Positions 39,357-48,481 of a stretch of DNA of 50,188 nt are shown piece after piece (position 1 is the first letter of the stretch; each line of letters begins with the position of its first letter). Under the pieces are notes generated by a model, which was given only the letters and a program-made list of their open reading frames with translations, was not told where the DNA came from and did no database searches. Both the position numbers and the translations under genes were made by a program. This DNA is from Candidatus Sericytochromatia bacterium (GTDB lineage Bacteria > Cyanobacteriota > Sericytochromatia > S15B-MN24 > JAQBPE01). The stretch covers positions 1 to 50,188 of the forward strand of contig JBBAPZ010000013.1 of assembly GCA_040400605.1 (NCBI GenBank). Reading direction: 5' to 3'.

Positions 39357-40934
39357 ATGCGTCAAGCGCAGTCGTTGCTTCAGTTCAGGGAGGTTGACCC
39401 AGCCGTGGCAGACCATGTGGGTGTGGTGGATGTGGGTTCCAATTCGGTACGAATGGTTATTTACCGGGTGGATGCCTATGGAAACTGCCAAGAAGTTGAA
39501 AACGTGAAGCGCGTGTTGAGACTTGGGGGCCGTTTGACCCCGGAGGGGGATTTGCCCGCGGAGGCGATGGATGATCTTTATCAGGTGTTGCGCCAGTTTC
39601 GCCGGCTCGGCGATGCGTGGCAAGTGAGCGAGGCCATCGCTGTTGCCACGGCCGTGTTTCGCGAGGCACGCAATGGCGCCCAAGTCCTCGAGGGTGTCAG
39701 TGAGGCACTCGGGGTGCCCATTCGCTTGCTCAGTGGTCAGGAAGAGGCCATGTATGGGGTGTGGGGCGTCCAAGAGACGATGCCGTATCAGGATTGTCTG
39801 GTCGTGGATCTCGGTGGGGCCAGTGTCGAACTCACTGCCATTCGGGATAGCGAACCCCAACAATCCGTGAGCCTGCCAGTGGGTGCGCTGACGCTGACCC
39901 AGCGTTTTATGCAAGCCGAGTCGGACGGTCGTGGTTATGATGCCTTGTCCGCTTTTTTGAGCAACCTGTTTGCGAGTTACTTGTGGATCCAGGGTACGCC
40001 TGGACCATTGGTGGTGCTTGGCGGCACGGCACGCAGCGTGGCCAGGATGCGGCTCGGACGCGAGTTGACCAATTGGCTGGGCGTGCATCATCAGATGATC
40101 GGGCTACAGGAATTGCAGGATTTTACCTTGAGTGCCAATCGCATGACCCCTGCCACCCGTGCCGAGCAGTGGGGGCTGTCCATCGAGCGTTCGGAGCTTT
40201 TGATGGCTGGTCTGGCTGTGTTTGCCGCACTGATGGGCACGGATCGCGATCGCCTGGTGGTCTGTGGCGCAGGCTTGAGAGAAGGGTTGCTGTTTGAACG
40301 ACTTGCCACACGGCGTGGGCGCAGCATCCCGCAACGCATGGCGGCGAGTGCCGCGGAACGGCTCATCGCCCCTTTGCGCCCTGAAGCCACACACAGGTGC
40401 CACGTGCGGGACCTGGCCCTGGCTCTTTGGGAAAGCCTCGGGGAGCGCGTGGCATTGCCACCTCCGGCGTGGAGCCGCGATGTGCTCGAAGTGGCGGCCT
40501 TGTTGCGAGGCTTGGGCCTCGTGATTGGTGCACACGGTTTTGAAACCCATACGTTTCATTGGATTGCGCGGGTGCCGTTGGCTGGTCTAAGCGCCACGGA
40601 TCGATTGATTGCGGCGCTTGTCGCAGCCTATCGCACGCCACGAACCCTGCGTTTGCAGTCTCGGCCCTTTAAGACGCTGTTGCAATCCGTGCCGGGCGAG
40701 TGGTTGGAGCAGATGGGCAGTGTGTTGTTGTTGGCGGAGGGCTTGGATCGGACACGTCAGCAATTGATTCGCAGCGTGAGACTCGAGGGCGCCGGGCGTG
40801 ACTGGAAACTGTTGTGCAGCACGGGTGCGGCGGATTTGCTCGAACCGGCGTTGCTGACCGAAGTTCTGGAACGGTTTGAAAAAACGTTTAAGTGTCGCGT
40901 GCAAGTGACCTTGTTGTATGAGGAAGGCGAATGA
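39357..40934 (+). CDS. ppx: Ppx/GppA exopolyphosphatase
   Basis: DVGSNSVR, LSGQEEA, DLGGASVE, GLREG; AAGGAGG SD. Confidence 0.9.
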   Translation: MRQAQSLLQFREVDPAVADHVGVVDVGSNSVRMVIYRVDAYGNCQEVENVKRVLRLGGRLTPEGDLPAEAMDDLYQVLRQFRRLGDAWQVSEAIAVATAVFREARNGAQVLEGVSEALGVPIRLLSGQEEAMYGVWGVQETMPYQDCLVVDLGGASVELTAIRDSEPQQSVSLPVGALTLTQRFMQAESDGRGYDALSAFLSNLFASYLWIQGTPGPLVVLGGTARSVARMRLGRELTNWLGVHHQMIGLQELQDFTLSANRMTPATRAEQWGLSIERSELLMAGLAVFAALMGTDRDRLVVCGAGLREGLLFERLATRRGRSIPQRMAASAAERLIAPLRPEATHRCHVRDLALALWESLGERVALPPPAWSRDVLEVAALLRGLGLVIGAHGFETHTFHWIARVPLAGLSATDRLIAALVAAYRTPRTLRLQSRPFKTLLQSVPGEWLEQMGSVLLLAEGLDRTRQQLIRSVRLEGAGRDWKLLCSTGAADLLEPALLTEVLERFEKTFKCRVQVTLLYEEGE

Positions 40935-41548
40935 CCATACCTGAGACCCATATCTGGCTGGGGGATTGCGAACGGCTGTTGCTGAAGTACGGGGTGCACG
41001 GCGCGCACCCCAATAAAGTGGCGCGTTTGGCTGACCGGTTGTTTACTGCGATGCAGGTCATTCACGAACTGCCCGAATCGGAGCGCGCCCCGTTGGTGGC
41101 TGCTGCCTTGCTGCATGATCTGGGCCATGCCATCGATTCCGAACAGCATCATCGTCACAGCCGGTATCTGATTCGTCATGACCAAGGGCTTGCGCATTGG
41201 CCGGAGGCATTTCGTGAACGGGTGGCATTGCTTGCCCTTAACCATCGTCGGCCGATGGTTAAGGGCATCAAGGCGCTGAAGGGTGAGGAGCGCGATGCGG
41301 TACTCTCGCAGGTGGCCATGTTGCGCGTGGCTGATTGGTTGGATCGGCCACGCGACCACCGCGTCGAGGTTCACGACGTGCGGTTTGTTGCGGAGTCTGG
41401 TGCAATTGTTTTTGCGTTGGCGCGCATCCGTGCTGCGACCTTGCTTGATTGTGCGGATCGCAAAGCAGGGTTGGCTGCCACCCATTGGGATGCGACCCTA
41501 CAATTTGTGTGTGATGATCAAATTATCTTGGTGGAACCCCAGCGATGA
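40931..41548 (+). CDS. Stand-alone HD-domain protein resembling the Ppx C-terminal domain
   Basis: H..KVARLA, AALLHDLGH, HHRHSRY, LRVADWLD. Confidence 0.85.
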   Translation: MTIPETHIWLGDCERLLLKYGVHGAHPNKVARLADRLFTAMQVIHELPESERAPLVAAALLHDLGHAIDSEQHHRHSRYLIRHDQGLAHWPEAFRERVALLALNHRRPMVKGIKALKGEERDAVLSQVAMLRVADWLDRPRDHRVEVHDVRFVAESGAIVFALARIRAATLLDCADRKAGLAATHWDATLQFVCDDQIILVEPQR

Positions 41549-43746
41549 CCAATCAAGCCATGTCTGACACGTCCGACTTGCCCGTGAATCGGATGCCCTC
41601 CACCGCTCATTCACCGGATTACCTCGAGGAGGAATTGTCTTGGCTCGCCTTCAATGAACGCGTGCTCGAGGAGGTGATCGACCCCAGTAACCCTTTGCTG
41701 GAACAACTGAAGTTTGCCGCGATTGTGGCGTCTAACCTTGATGAGTTTTTCGCCGTGCGGGTTGCCAATTTGCGTGACCTGGCAAGGCCTGGCCACAAGC
41801 GTCGTGACAATTTGCCGCATGCTGCGTTTAACGAGCGTTACCACGCTGTGTCGACTCGGACGCACGAGCAGGTCGCGCGTCTGTATGACATTTTATGCAA
41901 CAACCTGTTGCCGAGGCTTGAGGCCGAGGGCATCAAATTTTGGCGGGCGCAGGATGTTCCGGCGGTTTACGAGGAGGCGATCGAAGCTGAGTTTTTAACG
42001 CATATACACCCGGTGCTGACACCCATGGCGGTGGATGCCGGTCGTCCTTTTCCCCTGTTGGCCCACAAGCGCCTGAATTTGGCCGTTATGCTCGAAAAGC
42101 CGGATGCACCTTCGGAGAAACGGCTCTTTGCGGTGGTGCAAGTGCCGCAGACCTTGCGCCGGGCGTTTACTTTGCGCAGTGATCCGGATGGGGATGAGTT
42201 TGTCTTGCTGGAATCCGTGATTGAACGTTACATTCACACGCTGTTTGCCGGTTATCGGGTGCTTGCGGTGGGTGCTTTTCGTATCACCCGCAAGAGCGAA
42301 TTGGCGGTGGATGAGTATGGTGCGAGCGATCTGTTGCAAGCGATTCAGGCGGAATTGAAAAAGCGTCGGAAGGGTGCGGCTGTGCGACTGGAAATCACGG
42401 CTGATCTCGCGCCTGAGCTGGAAGCATTTCTGACCCGTGCACTGGAGTTGGACCTTCGTGATATCTATCGCGTGCCGGGGCCATTGGATCCCACTTTTTT
42501 TATGGGGTTTGCTGCGATTGAGGGTTATGAAGACCTGCGTTACGAAGAACTGAAACCCAGTTTGCCGGTGGCGTTTGAGGGAGCATCCAGTATTTTCCAG
42601 GCGATCGCCCGGCGGGATATCTTGGTGCATCATCCCTATGAGTCCTTTGAATCGGTCTTGCACTTTATTCGTGAGGCGGCGGAGGATCCGGACGTCCTCG
42701 CGATCAAGCAGACCTTGTACCGTGTGAGCGGGCGATCGCCCGTTGTTGCGGCTTTGGCCCGTGCCGCAGAAATGGGCAAGCAGGTCACGGTGCTGGTGGA
42801 GATTAAGGCACGCTTCGATGAGGAGAACAATATCGCGTGGGCCAAACGCCTCGAAGAAGCCGGTTGCCACGTGATTTATGGCTTGGTGGGTCTTAAAACC
42901 CATAGCAAGATCACGCTGGTGGTGCGTCGTGAGGGCAATTACATTTCGCGTTACATGCATCTGTCGACAGGAAATTACAATGACCTGACGGCACGAATTT
43001 ACACGGATGTGGGGCTTTTTACGGCCAGTGCGGATGTGGGGGCGGATGCCACGGAGTTTTTCAACCATTTGTCAGGCTACACGGATGTTCCACGTTATCA
43101 GCGGTTGGTCGCGGCGCCTGAGCGCTTGCGTGATACCTTGTTGCAGTTGATAGCCGAGGAGATACGTCTCTCGACACCGGAGCGGCCGGGGCGCATTTGG
43201 GCGCAGATGAATGCCTTGACGGATCGCGCGTTGATCGATGCGTTGTATCAGGCGTCGGCTGCGGGGGTGCGGATTGAGTTGATCGTACGCGGGATGTGTT
43301 GCTTGCGTCCCGGGGTTCCTGGCAAGAGTGAGAACATTCGTGTCGTGAGCGTTGTGGGGCGTTTTTTGGAGCACAGCCGCATTTTTTACTTTGCCCAGGG
43401 TGGGGCTGACCGCGTGTTTATCTCCAGTGCGGATTGGATGCGCCGCAACATGGATGGTCGCGTAGAGTTGTTGGTGCCGATCCAACAGGCGGATTTGTGC
43501 AGACGCCTTCGCCGCATCTTGGAGATACAGCTCCAGGATACAGTCAAGTCGCGGGTGCTGATGCCGAATGGGGAATATGCCCGCCAGGTTGTTCTCGATG
43601 AGGCGCGCTTTCACGGTCAGGCGTGGTTGCTGATGGAATCGTTGGCCCATGAGGACGAGACCGTTGAAATCACGTCATTGGTGCCGGAGGCGGCGCGTGA
43701 TGGGGGTAATCAGGCAGCGTCAGCGCAAATGGGGACGGATGAATGA
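41545..43746 (+). CDS. ppk1: Polyphosphate kinase 1
   Basis: ELSWLAFNERVL, NLDEFF, HHPYESF, IKQTLYR, GRFLEHSR. Confidence 0.97.
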   Translation: MTNQAMSDTSDLPVNRMPSTAHSPDYLEEELSWLAFNERVLEEVIDPSNPLLEQLKFAAIVASNLDEFFAVRVANLRDLARPGHKRRDNLPHAAFNERYHAVSTRTHEQVARLYDILCNNLLPRLEAEGIKFWRAQDVPAVYEEAIEAEFLTHIHPVLTPMAVDAGRPFPLLAHKRLNLAVMLEKPDAPSEKRLFAVVQVPQTLRRAFTLRSDPDGDEFVLLESVIERYIHTLFAGYRVLAVGAFRITRKSELAVDEYGASDLLQAIQAELKKRRKGAAVRLEITADLAPELEAFLTRALELDLRDIYRVPGPLDPTFFMGFAAIEGYEDLRYEELKPSLPVAFEGASSIFQAIARRDILVHHPYESFESVLHFIREAAEDPDVLAIKQTLYRVSGRSPVVAALARAAEMGKQVTVLVEIKARFDEENNIAWAKRLEEAGCHVIYGLVGLKTHSKITLVVRREGNYISRYMHLSTGNYNDLTARIYTDVGLFTASADVGADATEFFNHLSGYTDVPRYQRLVAAPERLRDTLLQLIAEEIRLSTPERPGRIWAQMNALTDRALIDALYQASAAGVRIELIVRGMCCLRPGVPGKSENIRVVSVVGRFLEHSRIFYFAQGGADRVFISSADWMRRNMDGRVELLVPIQQADLCRRLRRILEIQLQDTVKSRVLMPNGEYARQVVLDEARFHGQAWLLMESLAHEDETVEITSLVPEAARDGGNQAASAQMGTDE

Positions 43747-46601
43747 GTGAAGCGGTAGCGCAGGCTTTCGGTGAGGATTGGGAGCGCGAAGCCAAGCATC
43801 AACCGTTGCGGGAGGATATTCGTTATTTAGGATTTTTGTTGGGGCAGGTGTTGCGCGAGCAAGAAGGCGAGGCGGTCTATGCGTTGGAGGAGCGCCTGCG
43901 TCTGGGGTTTAAGCGCTTGCGCCGTGATGCGGCGGACGTGGTTTTAAGGGGTGAACTGGAAGCGTGCATCCGTGAGATGGATGTGCGGACGGCGGCGCGC
44001 GTGTTGCGTGCGTTTACTGTGTATTTTCAGCTGGTCAATCTGGCGGAGCAGCATCACCGGGTGCGTCGCATCAGGCAGTATGGGCAGCAAGAGGGCATCG
44101 TGGCACCGGGGTCTGTTTTTGCCGTGGTGCGGCAGTTGGCGGATGCAGGCGTGCAGGCGGAGGCGGTTGCGGATGTTTTGCGGCGGCTTGCGATCGCCCC
44201 GGTGTTGACTGCTCATCCCACTGAGGTGTTGCGGCAGACCGTGCTTGAAAAACTGCACGGGCTTGCGCAGTGTTTGACCATGCGTGATTCCGATTTGCTG
44301 GAGCCGGATGAGCGGCGCCGTTTGGACGATGCGATCGCAGCGGATATCGAGAACCTTTGGCAGACTGATGAGGTTCATCACCGTGCGCCGACGGTTTTGG
44401 ATGAGGTGCGACACGGTTTGTATTACCTCGATGAGGTGTTGTTTACGACGGTGCCGCGTGTTTATGAGGCGCTGGAAGATGCGTTGCGGATTTGTTATCC
44501 GCTCGATGTGTTTGAGGTGCCGTCGTTTATTCAGTTTGGTGCCTGGATGGGTGGGGATCGTGACGGCAATCCGAATGTGACGGGAGCGGTCACTTATCAG
44601 GCATTGTTGATGGCGCATCGGCGTATCATCCGTCGCCATCTGGATGCGTGTGAGGCGCTGTCAACCAGTTTAAGCCAGAGCACGCATTGGATTGGCGTAT
44701 CGGATGCATTGAATGCCAGTCTGGCGCGTGATGCAGCATTGTTGCCTGATGTGGCCAAGGAGGCGGCTGAGCGCAATCCCTATGAGTTGTATCGTCAAAA
44801 GTTGGCGATGATGCATCGGCGTTTGCAGGCGACGCTTGCTGCTTATCCAAGGACGATGGCCGAAGCGGAGAACTTTGCTTGGCACGCGCATCACGAAGCC
44901 TACCCGGACGGGGTGGCGTTGGTTCAGGATTTGCTGCAGATCAAGGAAAGCCTTGATACGAACAAGGGTGGCCGTGCGGCGCAAGGCGTCGTGAAACGCT
45001 GGTTGCGTCAGGTTGAGACCTTTGGGTTTCACGGCGCCAGATTGGATATACGCCAGCACAGTGAACGGCATTTTATGGCGTTGGCGTCCATCGTGAACAC
45101 CTTGCGGATTTTGCCGCAATCGTTTGAGTCGCTGGATGATGATGAGCGTCTGGATTGGCTGGTGCGGGAATTGGGTGGTAGCCGGCCGTTGATTCCGGCG
45201 TGTTTGGATGGGTTTGATGAACAGACCCGTGAGGTGGTTGTGACGTTTCGGGCGATCGCCACCGCCAGGCGGGTGTTTGGCGAGGCGGCGCTTGGCAGCT
45301 ACATCATCAGCATGACGCGTCACGAGTCGGATTTGTTGATTGTGTTGCTGTTTTTGCGCGAGGTCGGGCTCACCGGGGCGTTTGCGTCGTTGGATGGGGG
45401 TGGCCCGATGCCGATTGTGCCTTTGTTTGAGACGGTTGATGATCTCCGATCCGCGCCTGGCATCATGCGCCGATTGTACGCATTGCCGCTTTATCGCGCC
45501 TATTTGCGGCAATTGGGCGATGTGCAGGAAGTCATGCTGGGTTACAGCGACTCCAATAAAGATGGCGGAATTCTCACATCGTCGTGGGAGCTTTACAAGG
45601 CGCAGCAGGCCTTGTGGGCGATCGCCCGCGAGGCGCAGCTCAGTTTGCGCCTGTTCCACGGGCGGGGCGGTTCCGTCGGACGCGGCGGTGGGCCATCGCA
45701 TTTGGCCATTTTGGCGCAGCCGCCTGGAACGGTTGATGGACGCCTCAAGTTGACCGAGCAAGGCGAGGTCATCAGCAGCAAATATGGGCTGGAAAGCCTG
45801 GCCAGACGCAACCTGGAACTGGTCAGTTCCGCTGTGCTCGAAGCGACGCTCATACCGGCTTTGGCCAGCGCGAACCCACACGATGTCGCGCGCTGGGAAG
45901 CGGTGATGGAAGAATTGAGCCGGCGCGCGCTGGAACACTACCGTGCCCTGGTTTATGGCAATGAACACTTTGCGCGATTTTTTGAGTGCGTGACGCCGCT
46001 TGGTTTGCTTGGCGATCTGCAAATTGGTTCGCGCCCGGCCAGACGCCGCGGCAGCGCACGCATTGAAGATTTGCGCGCGATTCCGTGGGTGTTCGCGTGG
46101 ACGCAGAATCGGATGATCCTGCCAGGTTGGCTCGGCGTGGGTAGCGCGCTCGATGAGTTCATACAGGTCGACCCCACGCGGCATCTCGCCGTACTGCGGG
46201 AGATGGCGGTGCATTTCCCGTTTTTCAGGGCGTTGCTCTCGAACATCGAAATGACCCTGGCCAAAGCGGACATGCCCATCGCCAACCGTTATGTCCAGAC
46301 CCTTGCCGCGCATGATTGGGTCTTTCTGGGAATCTGGGAGGCGATTCGGCAAGAGTACGCCAAGGCGGAGCGTCTTTTGCCCATAATCAGTGTTCAGGAA
46401 CAGTTGTTGGCCAAAAGCCCGACACTGCGCCGCTCAATCAGCCTGCGCAACCCCTACGTCGACCCCATCAATTACATCCAGGTTGACCTCATGCGCCGGC
46501 AGCGTGAGGCCACGTTGACGCCTGCTGATGACAAGGAACTTGCCGATGCCCTGAAGATCAGCGTGAGCGGCATCGCGGCCGGCCTCAAGAACACGGGGTG
46601 A
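43743..46601 (+). CDS. ppc: Phosphoenolpyruvate carboxylase
   Basis: VLTAHPTE, WMGGDRDGNP, QEVMLGYSDSNKDGG, FHGRGGSVGRGGGP, LRAIPW, C-terminal KNTG. Confidence 0.98.
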   Translation: MSEAVAQAFGEDWEREAKHQPLREDIRYLGFLLGQVLREQEGEAVYALEERLRLGFKRLRRDAADVVLRGELEACIREMDVRTAARVLRAFTVYFQLVNLAEQHHRVRRIRQYGQQEGIVAPGSVFAVVRQLADAGVQAEAVADVLRRLAIAPVLTAHPTEVLRQTVLEKLHGLAQCLTMRDSDLLEPDERRRLDDAIAADIENLWQTDEVHHRAPTVLDEVRHGLYYLDEVLFTTVPRVYEALEDALRICYPLDVFEVPSFIQFGAWMGGDRDGNPNVTGAVTYQALLMAHRRIIRRHLDACEALSTSLSQSTHWIGVSDALNASLARDAALLPDVAKEAAERNPYELYRQKLAMMHRRLQATLAAYPRTMAEAENFAWHAHHEAYPDGVALVQDLLQIKESLDTNKGGRAAQGVVKRWLRQVETFGFHGARLDIRQHSERHFMALASIVNTLRILPQSFESLDDDERLDWLVRELGGSRPLIPACLDGFDEQTREVVVTFRAIATARRVFGEAALGSYIISMTRHESDLLIVLLFLREVGLTGAFASLDGGGPMPIVPLFETVDDLRSAPGIMRRLYALPLYRAYLRQLGDVQEVMLGYSDSNKDGGILTSSWELYKAQQALWAIAREAQLSLRLFHGRGGSVGRGGGPSHLAILAQPPGTVDGRLKLTEQGEVISSKYGLESLARRNLELVSSAVLEATLIPALASANPHDVARWEAVMEELSRRALEHYRALVYGNEHFARFFECVTPLGLLGDLQIGSRPARRRGSARIEDLRAIPWVFAWTQNRMILPGWLGVGSALDEFIQVDPTRHLAVLREMAVHFPFFRALLSNIEMTLAKADMPIANRYVQTLAAHDWVFLGIWEAIRQEYAKAERLLPIISVQEQLLAKSPTLRRSISLRNPYVDPINYIQVDLMRRQREATLTPADDKELADALKISVSGIAAGLKNTG

Positions 46602-46762
46602 TGCGCAAGCCGTAACACCGGTCTCACTACCGATGACATCGCCGCGAACACGAAGTCGTCAGCACTTGAGAAAAATGGGTATATAACCTATACAGGAGTT
46701 TTTACTAAAGAGTGATAGGATAGAATGGAATTAGGCTGGGGCCGCTTGGGAGAAGGTGCACG

Positions 46763-47089
46763 ATGACCATTTCGATGAATGCGGAGTTTCGGGAAGTCAC
46801 GAGTATTCGACCAGACAAACAGGGACGTTTTGCCCTCGCGCAGGCAGTGAAGCTTGTTGAAGACACGCTTGGTGCTCAGGCTGATACTTACAAGGTTTGT
46901 GTGAGTACGAGCGGTGAGATTTTACTGGTGCCTGTTGCGGAGATTCCCCTGCGAGAACTTTGGCTTCACAGGAATCCGATTGCCTTGAATGCTGTGAGGC
47001 GTGGGCTCGATCAAGCTGCTCGTGGCGAGTTCGCGAGCATTGACGATGTGCTTGAACCGTTCGATGGGGAAGCGTCCGACGTGCGGTAG
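46763..47089 (+). CDS. Putative antitoxin with AbrB/SpoVT-like N-terminus
   Basis: DKQGRF, GEILLVP, ELWLHRNP..VRRGL..acidic tail; lies upstream of a toxin-like gene. Confidence 0.6.
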   Translation: MTISMNAEFREVTSIRPDKQGRFALAQAVKLVEDTLGAQADTYKVCVSTSGEILLVPVAEIPLRELWLHRNPIALNAVRRGLDQAARGEFASIDDVLEPFDGEASDVR

Positions 47090-47098
47090 TGTCTGTCG

Positions 47099-47401
47099 AT
47101 GCCGTTCGTTTTGAAGCCGACCCGACAAGCCCGGGAACAACTGATCGCATTAAAGGAGAATCCTTCGAAGGCCGTGATTTTTAAGGCGGTCAACAAGGCG
47201 CTCCACTATCTTAAAGTCGACCCGAGGCACAAAAGTCTCAACACCCACAAGTATCAGACCCTCACGGGGCCAAGTGGTGAAGATGTTTTTGAGGCTTATG
47301 CACAGAATGACACCCCGGGTGCCTATCGCATTTTTTTTTGTTACGGAACTGGCGCAGACCGTGGGAGTCTAATCATTTTGGCAATCACACCGCATCCTTG
47401 A
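47099..47401 (+). CDS. Putative RelE/ParE-fold toxin
   Basis: 100-aa basic protein, DPRHKSLNTH, AYRIFF, ILAITPHP. Confidence 0.65.
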   Translation: MPFVLKPTRQAREQLIALKENPSKAVIFKAVNKALHYLKVDPRHKSLNTHKYQTLTGPSGEDVFEAYAQNDTPGAYRIFFCYGTGADRGSLIILAITPHP

Positions 47402-47596
47402 CCAGTGAGCAAACCACGGAAACACAAAAGCTAAAAATTTGATTTTGCCTACGATGACTTGTCTCGCTGCCAGTCGGTCAATTGGTATTCTGAGCGGTTG
47501 CACGGACTGGCTTGATGCCGAGATACCGTCAACTGTGATTTCAGTCAGGCGAATGTGCTTGAACCTGACGCGCCGGCGATTGGATTGGGTGCTTTG

Positions 47597-48481
47597 TCAG
47601 TCCCCTGACACATCCAGGCTGATATCCAGCGCGGGCGCGCTGTGTGTGAGGCGACCGACGGAAATGTAATCAACGCCTGTTTCGGCGATCGCCCGGACGG
47701 TCTCAAGCGTGACCCCACCCGAGGCCTCCAGCCGTGCACGCCCGGCTACCCATTCCACGGCTTCGCGAATGGCCTCAGGCGTCATGTTATCAAGCATGAT
47801 CAGCCCGGCGCCTGCTGAAACGGCCTCTTGGACCATCGCCAGTGATTCGCACTCCACTTCGATGCAGGTGGTAATGGGCACTTGGGCCTTCAATCGGGCC
47901 ATGGCTGCGGTGATGCCGCCTGCCAAGGCGATGTGGTTGTCTTTGAGCATCGCGGCATCTGACAGGTTGAAGCGGTGGTTGCGGGACCCGCCCATCCGCA
48001 CGGCGTATTTTTCGAGCAGTCGCAGGCCGGGTGTTGTCTTGCGGGTATCGACCACCGCTGCGGGCAAGTCTGCGATCGCCTCGACATACCGCCTGGTCAA
48101 GGTGGCAATCCCGCTCAGGCGTTGCATAAAGTTAAGGGCCAACCGTTCGCCCATGAGCAGTGTCCGCGCGCTGCCTTCAAGACTCAAAATGGGTAAACCG
48201 GCTTCGATGACCATGCCATCCTCGACTGCGGCCGTGCAGCGAAACGCTGGGTCAAGCAGCGCGAAAATCTGCGTGGCGATGCCAAGGCCCACAACCACGC
48301 CTGTTTCCTTGACCACGATGCGCCCTTTGCCTATCTGGTCAGGGGCGATCGCCCCACAGGCACTCCAGTCGCCATGCCCGAGATCCTCCTCCAGACAGCG
48401 CCTTAGCAGGGGTTCAATCAGGAATGGATGGGGCGGGCATCCATCATGGGCGGCGCCTTGAGTCGGATGTGCGTCTGCCAT
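47597..48481 (-). CDS. nadC: Nicotinate-nucleotide pyrophosphorylase (quinolinate phosphoribosyltransferase)
   Basis: DTRKTTPG, NHRFNL, KDNH, IMLDN, EASGG; GGAGGT SD 9 nt before ATG 48481. Confidence 0.96.
   Translation of the reverse strand: MADAHPTQGAAHDGCPPHPFLIEPLLRRCLEEDLGHGDWSACGAIAPDQIGKGRIVVKETGVVVGLGIATQIFALLDPAFRCTAAVEDGMVIEAGLPILSLEGSARTLLMGERLALNFMQRLSGIATLTRRYVEAIADLPAAVVDTRKTTPGLRLLEKYAVRMGGSRNHRFNLSDAAMLKDNHIALAGGITAAMARLKAQVPITTCIEVECESLAMVQEAVSAGAGLIMLDNMTPEAIREAVEWVAGRARLEASGGVTLETVRAIAETGVDYISVGRLTHSAPALDISLDVSGD

Noticed and set aside
41995..46352. Long minus-strand ORFs (41995-43068, 43072-43650, 43944-44639, 44670-46352)
   Set aside because: Antisense shadows of ppk1 and ppc, expected at this GC content
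47331..47339. T9 tract in the toxin gene as a phase-variation switch
   Set aside because: Explained by ATT-TTT-TTT-TGT (IFFC) in an intact frame; no evidence of variation from a single sequence
48425..48445. Apparent frameshift at the nadC start (ATGCCCGCCC out of frame)
   Set aside because: An in-frame ATG at 48481 with a strong SD explains the gene without an indel
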